From IMG/VR virus record IMGVR_UViG_3300017598_001140, positions 15,531 to 79,530 of that record: a DNA stretch of 64,000 nt. The stretch is one strand, 5' to 3'. Under the pieces are notes generated by a model, which worked only from the letters and a program-made list of their open reading frames with translations, did not search any database and was not told where the DNA came from. This document shows positions 48,090 to 57,276 of this stretch, piece after piece. The DNA is from a virus. The position numbers were made by a program, and so were the translations under genes. Position 1 is the first letter of the stretch, and each line of letters opens with the position of its first letter.

Positions 48090-49436
48090 ATGAAATTTGA
48101 CCGCGAATTTGAAGAAGAAATTTTGGCGAAAGCTTTGGCGGATACGAGCTATTTGAAATTGGCTTCGAGAATCCTAGAATCGCATCATCTCAGCACAAAA
48201 CAGCACTCGTGGGTTTGGGATACGGCGAGCGGTATTTGGCGCAAGTACAGGGAACGAGCAACGCCGCGTTTAATGCTTGCTAGGATACGCTCAGACTTTC
48301 CGAAAGACGAAGATAGAGAACCGTATGTGAGATTGGTTCAGAAGCTCTACAGGCGTTCTCCCGGCGCTGCTATGGCTACGCTTGATGAGCTTAGCGAATT
48401 TGTGAGGACGACGGACGCTCAAATCGTAATGGAGGCGGCAGCAGACAAACTCGAAAGAGGCAAGGTCGACGACGTTTACGAAGAGCTGAAAAAGCTTTCA
48501 AAAAAAGATATTAGGCAGAGAGAATACACAGAAATCAAGTGGGTTGAAGAGTTCGGCGAAAGACAGGGAGAAAGGAAGAGAGCGAAGGAGCATCCGGAAG
48601 AGGTCGTCGTGATGCCGACCGGGTTCAAGCGATTGGACGGAATAGTAAAAGGGCTTCAGCTCGGCGAGCTTGGATTGGTTCTGGCCACGACGGGAAAAGG
48701 CAAGTCGATAATGTTGAGTAATATCGCTTTCCATGCCGTCAAGCTTGGGTTTACCGTTCTTTACCTCGCTTTAGAAATGCCAGCCAGACAGGTCGCAGCG
48801 AGGCAAGATGCGCTTTGGTTAAAAATGAGCTATAGCAAGTTTCGAGATTATGATTTTTCTCCTAGTGAATTGCGGACAATAAAAGCGCGCTTGAAGAAGG
48901 TCCGAAAAAAATGGACGGATAAATTCCGGATCGTTTCGATGCCGCTGCGGCGATGTGACATAAATAAAATTCAGGGGTGTCTTGAAGATTTAAAAGAAGA
49001 CGGTTTCGAGCCGAATTTGATATTGGTGGATTCAGGCGACCATATGAACGCGGTCGGCCGTTTTGAATCGCACAGGCTCTCTCAGGCTTCTGTTTACTGG
49101 GATTTAAAGACAATGGCAGAGGAAGACGGCTACGGGATTTGGAGTTCCTGCCACGCCGGGCGAGAGTGGGCGAAAGCGATAGCGACAGCAGAGGCGACAG
49201 GCGAGAGCTACGACAAGGCTAGGATTGCAGATATAGTTTGCAGTTTGAACACGCCGGAGAGCAAAACTAGATCAACAAAAATCGTGCTTGAAGAAGAGGA
49301 CGAAGAGGAAGAAATAAAAGCGACCGTGGGCGAATACGTCGAGCTTTATTTGGCAAAATATCGCGATGGTCCGAGCCACGTAACGATTCCGATGGATGCG
49401 GTTTTTTCAAAAATGTGGATCAAGGAATTGGAATGA
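48090..49436 (+). CDS. dnaB: DnaB-like replicative helicase
   Basis: PTGFKRLD, ATTGKGKS, LALEM, ILVDSGD, LAKYRDG. Confidence 0.88.
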   Translation: MKFDREFEEEILAKALADTSYLKLASRILESHHLSTKQHSWVWDTASGIWRKYRERATPRLMLARIRSDFPKDEDREPYVRLVQKLYRRSPGAAMATLDELSEFVRTTDAQIVMEAAADKLERGKVDDVYEELKKLSKKDIRQREYTEIKWVEEFGERQGERKRAKEHPEEVVVMPTGFKRLDGIVKGLQLGELGLVLATTGKGKSIMLSNIAFHAVKLGFTVLYLALEMPARQVAARQDALWLKMSYSKFRDYDFSPSELRTIKARLKKVRKKWTDKFRIVSMPLRRCDINKIQGCLEDLKEDGFEPNLILVDSGDHMNAVGRFESHRLSQASVYWDLKTMAEEDGYGIWSSCHAGREWAKAIATAEATGESYDKARIADIVCSLNTPESKTRSTKIVLEEEDEEEEIKATVGEYVELYLAKYRDGPSHVTIPMDAVFSKMWIKELE

Positions 49437-49684
49437 TGATTGCAATACAAGAATTGCTGGATGAATTGGCCGACAAGGAGCTTGAAAGTGAAGTTTTGAT
49501 CTGCGGTCAGCCAATGAAAATAAAAACTTCAAACATATTAAAACCAGGCGAGTTTTTGCTGGTCAGCGGCAACTGCGCGGTAAAGGCGATCAACATAGGG
49601 AAGAAAAAGGAGAAGGAAAATGAAAGCGGCGAACAATCGCAAACGATTGCGAACCAATCGCAAACGATTGAGCGAGAAAAATAA
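49433..49684 (+). CDS. Small hypothetical protein
   Basis: ATGA overlap with the helicase stop. Confidence 0.45.
   Translation: MMIAIQELLDELADKELESEVLICGQPMKIKTSNILKPGEFLLVSGNCAVKAINIGKKKEKENESGEQSQTIANQSQTIEREK
49634..49670. repeat. Tandem pair of palindromes CAATCG-CAAA-CGATTG (21-bp period)
   Basis: Copies at 49634-49649 and 49655-49670. Confidence 0.75.
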
Positions 49685-49702
49685 AAACGAGCATGTTGAA
49701 GC

Positions 49703-50713
49703 GTGGCTGTTTTGAAATTTGATGTCGAAGAGTATTGCGAAACCAATCTGAGCCGGGTCAAAGTAACTTCGTCAAATCAGGTGACAGCGGTTTGCCCTTG
49801 GTGCGAGAAGCACGGAGGGTTTTATGTGGACATTGCAACGGGGAATTACATTTGCTTCAAGTGCGAAGAAAGAGGGCTCCGTTTCGTCGGCGTCGTGGCG
49901 CAAGTAAGCGGACTCACTAGGCAGGAAGCGAAGCGGTTTATTTTCAAAGGCGCTGTTAGTTTTCGCAGGAAAGAAACGCCGAAAAGTTTGCTCGCTAGAT
50001 TGAGAGCGATGAGAGGGAAAGAAGAAGTCGAAATCGAGGACGTTGATTTTCCTTTGCCGGATGAATTTATTCCGGTTTACAAAAACGGAAAGTGGCGGAT
50101 GCCTGTGTACTTGAAAAAGCGAGGCGTGAAGAAAAAAACGGCAAGAGAGTGGGGGCTTGGATATTGCAACAAAGGGAGGTACGCCGGGCGGATCATAATC
50201 CCGTCAGAATGTCCAAACGGAAGGTCGTTTGAAGCGAGGGCAATTGATGGAGAGCAGGTGCCCAAAACGTTGGGGCCAAAAGGTGCGGACAAGTCGAGAC
50301 TTTTGTTCGGCTGGAACCAAGCAAAAGAGGTCGGAGATTTGGTGATAGTTGAAGGGCCGTTCGATGCTTTGAAAGTGTGGCAGTGTGGCTTTTCTGTTGT
50401 GGCGTTGCACGGCAAAAATTTGAGCTTGGCGCAGTTCGTTTTGTTGTGCAAAAGGCATGCGGATTCGTCAGTGATTATCATGCTAGATCCGGAGGAGGTT
50501 GAAGCGCCGTTTTCGGTGGCGGCTCAGTTGCTTTGTTACTTTGCATCTGTGTACATTGCGAGGCTTCCGCTAGGCACAGATCCGGGTTCGGCTTCGAGGC
50601 GTCAAATAGAGAAAGCGTACAACGATGCGAAACGGTTTTCTGGTGATCGCTCAATGTCACTCACTGCAAAGGTTTCCGCAAGCAGGAGAAAGATAAGCCA
50701 GCTATACCAATAG
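49703..50713 (+). CDS. DNA primase (zinc finger + TOPRIM)
   Basis: CPWC...CFKC, GRIIIP, IVEGPFDAL, MLDPE, DPG. Confidence 0.88.
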   Translation: MAVLKFDVEEYCETNLSRVKVTSSNQVTAVCPWCEKHGGFYVDIATGNYICFKCEERGLRFVGVVAQVSGLTRQEAKRFIFKGAVSFRRKETPKSLLARLRAMRGKEEVEIEDVDFPLPDEFIPVYKNGKWRMPVYLKKRGVKKKTAREWGLGYCNKGRYAGRIIIPSECPNGRSFEARAIDGEQVPKTLGPKGADKSRLLFGWNQAKEVGDLVIVEGPFDALKVWQCGFSVVALHGKNLSLAQFVLLCKRHADSSVIIMLDPEEVEAPFSVAAQLLCYFASVYIARLPLGTDPGSASRRQIEKAYNDAKRFSGDRSMSLTAKVSASRRKISQLYQ

Positions 50714-50888
50714 TTTCCAGATGAGAGAAAAAATCAAAACAGCTTGAAAAATTTTGCGTGATTTTCTAAGGTAGTGAAAATAAAAAACGTCTTTACTATA
50801 TATAAACGACTACCTATTAAAAACGGACAAAGCCAACTTGCTCAACAATTCCAACAGCTTACGGAGAGTAAAAAAAAAGCGAAAAATA

Positions 50889-50976
50889 ATGTCGAATTTT
50901 GTTGACTTCTGAATCCGAAAAGTGTGTAATCAGGGGGTAAGATAATTTGCGGTTAACAAAAAAGGAGAACGGCCAA
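50889..50976 (+). promoter_or_regulatory. Sigma70-type promoter/leader cassette 1
   Basis: TTGACT (50902) - 17 bp - TGTAAT (50925); RBS AAAAAAGGAGAACGGCCAAA. Confidence 0.78.
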
Positions 50977-52161
50977 ATGGGAAGCTCAAAAGATAAACTG
51001 GACGCAAAGGGAAGATTAAAAGTAGAGTGCAAGATCTGTTCGTGTTGGTTTCACAGGTTGGATGTGCACTTAACAAAAAAACATTCTATGACTGTAGAGT
51101 CATATCAAAAAACATATCCCGGTTCTGAGATACTAAGCGCCACGGCAAAAGAGCTTGGCCACAAAGACAAAGCGGTCAACAAAACGTCGAAGAAAAAGCA
51201 GGCCGAAAAAGCAGAGAAGCCTGCGCCTGTAGATTCCGATTCTTTTAGCATCGGCGTTGCTAATCTCAAAATGAGAAAAGATCTAACAGAGCTAGACAAA
51301 ATCGATGTGCCAGAGCACGACGATAATTGGTGTGTGGATCAAGTTGGTTTGGAGATGTGGGAAGACATTGCTGTTGGCGTCGAAGACAACGAGCCGATTT
51401 ATATCGGCGGCCCAACGGGATGTGGCAAAACGGCTTCCGCCGAGGCGCTGGCTACAGTGATAAATCAGCCGGTAAAAAGAATCCAATTGACCAGAGATTT
51501 CAAAGTGGCTCAGTTTGTCGGTCGCCCGGAGTTGAAAATTGATGCGGACGGCAACCAATACACAGAGTTTAAGTACGGCGTTTTGCCAACGGCTATCAAA
51601 AACGGTCACTGGCTAATTTTGGACGAAATCGATCAAGCACATCCGGACGTTTTGATGGCGATTCAAGCAGTGCTCGAAGGCAAGCCGCTTGTACTGACCG
51701 AAAATTTCGGCGAAGTTATTTCCACGAAAGAATCCGAGCGGTCAAAAAATTTCAGGATTATCGCTACGGCGAACACGCTTGGAAAAGGCGACGATACAGG
51801 TCTTTATGTTGGCGCAAAAATCATGAACGAAGCGACCTTGGATCGGTTCGGCGTGACTATCAAAGCGAAGTACCCAACGAAGGACAGCGAAGTTAAAATA
51901 CTTGTGAAAAAATCAGGTGTTGAAGAGGAGGTCGCTTTAAGGATGGTAACAATAGCTCACAAGGTTCGCGAGGCGTTTGACAAAGAAGAGTGCGGATGTA
52001 CTTTTTCAACTCGTAGATTAATCATGTGGGCGAAGAAAACAGTCAGGTACGGAGACATCCGGCGGGCTTCTAAAACTTCCGTTTTGAACAAGCTCGACAC
52101 GGACGACGGCCGTTTCGTAAACGACTTAATTCAAAGGCATTTTGGCGGCGAAGTATCATAA
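50977..52161 (+). CDS. MoxR-family (CobS/CbbQ-like) AAA+ ATPase with N-terminal Ros/MucR-like zinc finger
   Basis: CKIC...HLTKKHSMTVESYQKTYP; GPTGCGKT; LILDEID; IATANT; NEATLDRF; FSTRRL. Confidence 0.88.
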   Translation: MGSSKDKLDAKGRLKVECKICSCWFHRLDVHLTKKHSMTVESYQKTYPGSEILSATAKELGHKDKAVNKTSKKKQAEKAEKPAPVDSDSFSIGVANLKMRKDLTELDKIDVPEHDDNWCVDQVGLEMWEDIAVGVEDNEPIYIGGPTGCGKTASAEALATVINQPVKRIQLTRDFKVAQFVGRPELKIDADGNQYTEFKYGVLPTAIKNGHWLILDEIDQAHPDVLMAIQAVLEGKPLVLTENFGEVISTKESERSKNFRIIATANTLGKGDDTGLYVGAKIMNEATLDRFGVTIKAKYPTKDSEVKILVKKSGVEEEVALRMVTIAHKVREAFDKEECGCTFSTRRLIMWAKKTVRYGDIRRASKTSVLNKLDTDDGRFVNDLIQRHFGGEVS

Positions 52162-52182
52162 ACCAAGAAAAAAACGCAGGCC

Positions 52183-52258
52183 ATGTCGTTTTTTCTTGAC
52201 TACTGAAAGTAAAAAGACTTTAATCAGTAAGTAAGATAAAAAAAGGAGAACGGCCAAA
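52183..52258 (+). promoter_or_regulatory. Sigma70-type promoter/leader cassette 2
   Basis: TTGACT (52196) - 17 bp - TTTAAT (52219); same RBS block as cassette 1. Confidence 0.78.
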
Positions 52259-54337
52259 ATGAAAAAGAACGCGCAACAAAACAAACTGATAGGTCACTTT
52301 GAAAAACTCGGAAAAGTGATGGCGAGCCGCTACGATATAAAAGTCGTTGCATCAGACAAATGTGCTACGGACGGCAGGACGATTTTTTTTCCTGCGAACG
52401 CGGATCGTTTCAAAGAAGCATCGAAAAAAGTTCTTCATGGCATGTTTGATCATGAGCTTGGTCACATCGAAGAAGAAGACAGGCACGAGCTTGCCGGGCG
52501 AGAGACACCGTTTGAGATTTTAAAGGGGCTTACCACGAAGAAAGAAAAAATGTTCCTGAACGTTTTCGAGGACATCCGAATGGAGCGCAGGAAGAGCCAA
52601 GAGCTTGTCGGAGTCGCCGAGAACATCAAAGAAAATACGCTTTTCTCAATCGGCCAGCACATAAAGAAATTTCAGGAAACCGGAAAGCTGAATTTCTGGC
52701 ATGCAATCGGCTGTGCAATCATTTTTAAATCGGAAGGCTTGGACGTAAGCTGGATGCCGGAAGAATACGACGAATATTTGGACGCGGTTGAAGAAGAAAT
52801 CGAAGAAAGCACAAAAACAAACTGGGGCGAAGATTCGATGCGGCTGGCCAGAAGTGTTATCGAAAAAATCGGAGACGTAGCGGAAGAAATCAAAGAAGAA
52901 TTCGAAGGCATGAAAGAAGGAAGCAAAGCAGACGAGAGCGACGGCGAAGAGCAGGACGATTCCGGTGATTCCGAAAGCGGTTCTGAGAGCGGCGAGGACA
53001 GCGACGAAGAAGGCGACGAAGACGGTTCTGGAAGCAGCGACGAAGAAGGCGACGAAGAAGGCGACGGAAGCGGCTCCGGAAGCAGCGACGAAGAAGGCGA
53101 CGAAGAAGGCGACGAAAACGGTTCCGGAAGTGGCGACGAAGAAGGCGACGAGGACGGTTCCGAAAGTGGCGGCGAAGGCGAAGACAGCGACGACGGAAGC
53201 GGCGGCGAAGAAGGCGGAGAAGGCGACGACGGAAGCGACGAAGAAAGCGACGGCGAACCGAGCGGCAACAACGAGAAAAAAGAAGGTGCCAATATCACGA
53301 GAAGAAACGACCTTGCAAATGAAGCAGACAAGGACGCAGAAGAAGAAGATTTGTCGGATAGTGTCAAAGAGCATCTGACAGATGAAGGCGAAAAAACTAC
53401 TCGTGATTCCAACGAGTACGACGTGCCGCAGGTCGTGAAAGATTCCGATAAGTGGGAGACTCCGAGAGAAAATCCAGAAGGTTTTTTCAGCGCGAAAGCA
53501 GATGTGGCGACGCAGTTGAAGGGGATGAAATCGAAGCTTGTTAATTTGGTCAAAGCGAGAGAGCTTTCAACAATGATTTTCGACAGAGACGAAGGCGACG
53601 GAATCGACGAAGACGCTCTGGCTACCGTCCCGACAGGGAATAGAAGAATTTATACGCAGTTTGTTAGAGGCGAGACACTTGACACGGCGATTGAAATTTT
53701 GGTGGACGAGAGCGGTTCGATGGGAAGCGGACACCGCTTGGGAAACGGCGCTTACTTCGCAAGAAGGACAGTGATTGGATTGTGTGAAACTTTTAGCTCG
53801 TTGAACGTTCCTTTTGAAGTGATTGGATTCACGAATTTTGGCTGCGAAGCGTGGGAGAACAAAAACAGCGGCAAGCGCTGGTCAGCAAACGAGAGAAAAG
53901 AAAATTTTCTTTTCAACGTCTACAAATCTTTTGGAGAGAAATACAAAAAAGTAAAAACGAGACTCGGTTCAATTACTGGACGTTACAACAACGTCGACGG
54001 CGAAGCAGTGCTGGAAGCCGCTAAAAGACTGGCTCAGCGGCCTGAGCCCAGAAAAATACTCGTGGTTGTTTCTGACGGTCTGCCAGCAGGCGGCGGCGTA
54101 GAAACCAGAATATTAAATCAAGATTTGAAAGACACAATTCAGCTTGTTTCTTCTACAGGGATCGAGATTCTTGGGATTGGCGCTGGCTCGGAAGACGTGA
54201 AAGATTATTACAACAAAGAGAACGGCGCGAGCTGGATTTATGTTGAAGATTTAAGCAAGTTGGCGGTTGAAGTTTACAAGGGCATGAAAGAAATGCTGCT
54301 CAGCAGTGGCAAGAAGAAAGTCAGGAGGTCGGCTTGA
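52259..54337 (+). CDS. CobT-like protein: HExxH metallopeptidase-like domain, acidic linker, VWA domain
   Basis: ATDG, DHELGH, NVFEDIRME; Asp/Glu/Gly/Ser linker; MIDAS motif LVDESGSM, NVDGEA, VVSDGLP. Confidence 0.88.
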   Translation: MKKNAQQNKLIGHFEKLGKVMASRYDIKVVASDKCATDGRTIFFPANADRFKEASKKVLHGMFDHELGHIEEEDRHELAGRETPFEILKGLTTKKEKMFLNVFEDIRMERRKSQELVGVAENIKENTLFSIGQHIKKFQETGKLNFWHAIGCAIIFKSEGLDVSWMPEEYDEYLDAVEEEIEESTKTNWGEDSMRLARSVIEKIGDVAEEIKEEFEGMKEGSKADESDGEEQDDSGDSESGSESGEDSDEEGDEDGSGSSDEEGDEEGDGSGSGSSDEEGDEEGDENGSGSGDEEGDEDGSESGGEGEDSDDGSGGEEGGEGDDGSDEESDGEPSGNNEKKEGANITRRNDLANEADKDAEEEDLSDSVKEHLTDEGEKTTRDSNEYDVPQVVKDSDKWETPRENPEGFFSAKADVATQLKGMKSKLVNLVKARELSTMIFDRDEGDGIDEDALATVPTGNRRIYTQFVRGETLDTAIEILVDESGSMGSGHRLGNGAYFARRTVIGLCETFSSLNVPFEVIGFTNFGCEAWENKNSGKRWSANERKENFLFNVYKSFGEKYKKVKTRLGSITGRYNNVDGEAVLEAAKRLAQRPEPRKILVVVSDGLPAGGGVETRILNQDLKDTIQLVSSTGIEILGIGAGSEDVKDYYNKENGASWIYVEDLSKLAVEVYKGMKEMLLSSGKKKVRRSA

Positions 54338-55386
54338 TGTATACCAATTTTCCAGAGGGGTTTATTTGCCCGGACGATTTGAGAAATCAGTGGCCGCTTA
54401 TAGAGGCCGAAATGCTGCCGATAATCGAAGCGAAAGCGAGGCGCATTGAGAGGTTTATTCCCGGCAGTTATTTTGATTTCGAGGACGCGGTTCAAGAGGG
54501 CCGAATGACGTTGCTGAAAGCGATGCTCCGATACGACGAGGTTGAAGGCGAGCTGTCGAGGTATGTTAGCTCAGCGATCAATAATTCATACAAAACGATG
54601 CTCTATAAAATGCTGACCCAACGAAGAACGCCCAGAGCTTTTGTGAAGGAGTCGGGCGGGTGGACAGAAGTGATGTATTCGCCAGTGCCAGTTTTCGACT
54701 TCGAGACGGTGAAAGGCGAAAGCGAAAATCCGGAAACGAGTTCGAGAAATGCTGAGGTCGAGGAGCAGTTGAGAATTTTCAATCTGAAAATGTTGAACAC
54801 GTTGAAGGGGAAAACCAAGCAGGTTTTTGAGTGCATGGTAAACCCGGATTGTGCTTTTCTCAGTATGATAAAATCGGAGGAGGACGGGGACATTGACAAC
54901 CCGACAAGAAAGCAGATCGCAAGCTATCTTGGCTTGGATCATAACGCCGTTTCTTGGTGCGTGAAAAAAATCAAAATACAGTTTACAAAGATGGTCAGAA
55001 AAAAAAGTTTCAACGAATTGTTTGGAAATCTAGTCAATACAAGTGGGTGGTCGATGCTGCACATAAGCGAGAAGAAAGACGACTCGAAATTCGTTGTTGA
55101 TGTGATGAAAAAACGGAGGCTTGAAAATCGAGCGGTGAAAGGGTTCCGTCAGTATGCGGATTTTGAGCAGGCGACGAAAGACGGAAAGTGTTATCGGAGA
55201 ATAAAACGTTATTCGTGGGGAGCGGTTTTGGTTTTTGGAATCGGCGGCGAGTGGCGGACGGTGGTGGTTGAAGGCGAGCTGAATTCTAGGAGCGGAATCG
55301 TGACAGGTCGGAACGGCTCGAAAGAAGTTTTGCCGGTTGCTTGGTATAAGGACATTGTGAAAACGCTTCAAGGAGAAAAAATATGA
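54337..55386 (+). CDS. Sigma70-family-like factor with extra C-terminal domain
   Basis: Region 2-like DFEDAVQEGRMTLLKAMLRYD...YVSSAINN; HTH PTRKQIASYLGL..NAVS. Coupled to the VWA gene. Confidence 0.7.
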   Translation: MYTNFPEGFICPDDLRNQWPLIEAEMLPIIEAKARRIERFIPGSYFDFEDAVQEGRMTLLKAMLRYDEVEGELSRYVSSAINNSYKTMLYKMLTQRRTPRAFVKESGGWTEVMYSPVPVFDFETVKGESENPETSSRNAEVEEQLRIFNLKMLNTLKGKTKQVFECMVNPDCAFLSMIKSEEDGDIDNPTRKQIASYLGLDHNAVSWCVKKIKIQFTKMVRKKSFNELFGNLVNTSGWSMLHISEKKDDSKFVVDVMKKRRLENRAVKGFRQYADFEQATKDGKCYRRIKRYSWGAVLVFGIGGEWRTVVVEGELNSRSGIVTGRNGSKEVLPVAWYKDIVKTLQGEKI

Positions 55387-56216
55387 CAAGGGCAAAAGGA
55401 AAAATCAATTCGCATTGCATCGGCAAGTGGGAGCTTAAAGACGACACTTGCAACGGCGATGCCGAGGCCGAAACAGAAGAAGAGCGAAAGGCGTGCAAGT
55501 GGAAAAAGAGGTGTCGTGCTTTCACGAAGTATCTGGCCGGTGCGAATAGAAAGCCGGAGGACTTTCTTGATTACGGAAACGACGGAGAGGAAGAATTTTA
55601 TGTTGTTCCAAAAGACGGCGTTTTGCAATTCAAAAAGTTTTGCGATGCATTGATCAAAAGAAACAGGAAGAGAAGCAAAAGCAGAGGCGAAAGAAAAAGG
55701 CCGGGCGGCTTCGATGCTCGAAAGCTTGGGCCTTGCACCGCTACAAAGAAGGCGGCGGCAAAAGCGCTGACCGCTAGGTCGAGAATCAGGAAGAGAGAAT
55801 TGCTTTCTTCGTTGAACGATTTCAAGGTGGCGCTTGTGGAGAACACGGAAGGAAGAGCTTTTGCGAAAGCCGGAAAGATAATAAAGCCCGGCCAGTTTTT
55901 TCTCGTTAGCAAGATAGAAACGAGCAGTTATATTTCGGTGCTTTGCAAGGTGGCAAACAAAAGAGACGCGGCTGTGATTTCGTTCAAGTTGAAGACGGCT
56001 ACGTTGTCTTTTGATGTGAAAATTCCACTGACGCCAAAAGAATTTATGAAGGGCTGTACCGGAGAAGCGAAGAAGGCTTTCAAGCCTGAGCCACTGGACG
56101 ACGGCGGCAGGTACAAAACGTTATTCAAAAAAGTTGAAAGGAAAAAAATTGTGTTGCTCGGCGAAACGGTTGCAAAACTTATTTCTGACGATAAAATAGT
56201 CTTACCATCGGCGTAG
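55383..56216 (+). CDS. Basic hypothetical protein with N-terminal Cys cluster
   Basis: AGGAG RBS; CIG..C..CxxxxxC. Confidence 0.55.
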   Translation: MTRAKGKINSHCIGKWELKDDTCNGDAEAETEEERKACKWKKRCRAFTKYLAGANRKPEDFLDYGNDGEEEFYVVPKDGVLQFKKFCDALIKRNRKRSKSRGERKRPGGFDARKLGPCTATKKAAAKALTARSRIRKRELLSSLNDFKVALVENTEGRAFAKAGKIIKPGQFFLVSKIETSSYISVLCKVANKRDAAVISFKLKTATLSFDVKIPLTPKEFMKGCTGEAKKAFKPEPLDDGGRYKTLFKKVERKKIVLLGETVAKLISDDKIVLPSA

Positions 56217-56243
56217 GGTGTTCGCTCTTTTAAACCGATGCCA

Positions 56244-56315
56244 ACCGGCACCGCTCGCAAAGTTTGATCTTGGCCGATCTCCAGCTTTGCACCAAGAGCG
56301 GTGCCGGTCCTTTTT
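56244..56315 (+). ncRNA. Long bulged stem-loop with U-tract (terminator or cis-regulatory RNA)
   Basis: ACCGGCACCGCTC/GAGCGGTGCCGGT perfect 13-bp stem, inner GCAAAG/CTTTGC and GATC/GATC stems, then CCTTTTT. Confidence 0.55.
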
Positions 56316-56318
56316 ATC

Positions 56319-57275
56319 ATGAAAAAAGTAGTTGTAATCGGCGGAGACATGACGGCGCTTTTGTGTTCGTATATTTTCAAGAAGTACGGCGTCGAAGTTT
56401 TGCTGGTTTGTCCGGAGTCGGTTGAAGACGGTTTGCTTGATGGGTGCTTGCAATATATCTACCGCACAAAAGCGATGGCGACAATCTTTGAAGAGCTTGG
56501 ATTAGTGTACAGCGATTTTGCGGTTAAGGGCGGCGTTCTTTTAAGAGGCAAGGTGGAAAAGTATCCTGAGTTTTTCAAAAAGAGAAGCAGGAAAAAAGAA
56601 GTCGCCAGAATCAAATATGACTACTACAAAAAAACGAGACTCGTTGAAGCGGCGGGGAGTGAAAAAAAAGTAGTGCCCGACTTGTCGGAAAAGAAGAGGC
56701 CACGCAGAGCGATAAGAACGGATTTTAAGTGGCTTGCTTCTGAGCTGATTAGCCGGGCGGAAATGGTTAAAGCCAAGGTGATTTTTGTGCACGAAAATAG
56801 TGTGCTGACAACGGCCGGAAGATTCGAGTTTGACAGCTTGGTTTTAACAGCTCCGCTTTGGGAGTTTCGAGGTTGCGTCGATTGGTATGTTCCACATGGA
56901 ATCGCTATGAAGTTGAACGTCGTTTCTGTGGCTGTAAAAAAAGAGAGCTATGCAAAGTGGGATTATGTTTTGACGCCATATACGCCAGCCGATCACGTTC
57001 ACCGATTTTTTTCAAACGGGTTTGAGTACGTTGCTGAAGTCAACGGCGCGCTGGATGAAGATCGGCTCAGGTCTGATTTGAATTTTCTTTTCAAAGAGGG
57101 CTGGTATGTCAAGAAAATTTCGGAGGGGTTGAGCGGGTATTTGTTGCCGTTAGATTCCGAGCCACAGTGGCCCAGAAATATTGCTCCGCTTGGCAGGTTT
57201 GCAAAGTGGGATCACGATGCGACTCTTGATGTCGTATTGAACGAGATTATTTATTTGGCAAGAAGGTGGTTTTAA
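56319..57275 (+). CDS. Flavin-dependent oxidoreductase-like protein (degenerate Rossmann motif)
   Basis: KKVVVIGGDMTALL, FDSLVLTAPL, PLGRFAKW. Confidence 0.65.
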   Translation: MKKVVVIGGDMTALLCSYIFKKYGVEVLLVCPESVEDGLLDGCLQYIYRTKAMATIFEELGLVYSDFAVKGGVLLRGKVEKYPEFFKKRSRKKEVARIKYDYYKKTRLVEAAGSEKKVVPDLSEKKRPRRAIRTDFKWLASELISRAEMVKAKVIFVHENSVLTTAGRFEFDSLVLTAPLWEFRGCVDWYVPHGIAMKLNVVSVAVKKESYAKWDYVLTPYTPADHVHRFFSNGFEYVAEVNGALDEDRLRSDLNFLFKEGWYVKKISEGLSGYLLPLDSEPQWPRNIAPLGRFAKWDHDATLDVVLNEIIYLARRWF

Positions 57276-57276
57276 A

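Noticed and set aside
50714-50888. Possible IHF sites or genome terminus in the AT-rich gap (two AACAGCTT copies)
   Set aside because: Matches to WATCAANNNNTTR are imperfect, and no terminal repeat can be assessed from one window.
52965-53378. Histone H1-like ATKKATKK ORF
   Set aside because: It is an alternative-frame shadow of the GAC/GAA/GGC acidic linker in the VWA gene.
52646-53553. Long minus-strand ORFs (hydrophobic VAFF repeats; Ser/Pro-rich)
   Set aside because: Antisense shadows of the same low-complexity linker. The other minus-strand ORFs in the track (e.g. 3931-4812) likewise mirror + strand genes.
50977-54337. Cobalamin biosynthesis (cobS/cobT) as auxiliary metabolic genes
   Set aside because: No cobN or other cob genes; a generic MoxR/VWA pair explains the motifs.
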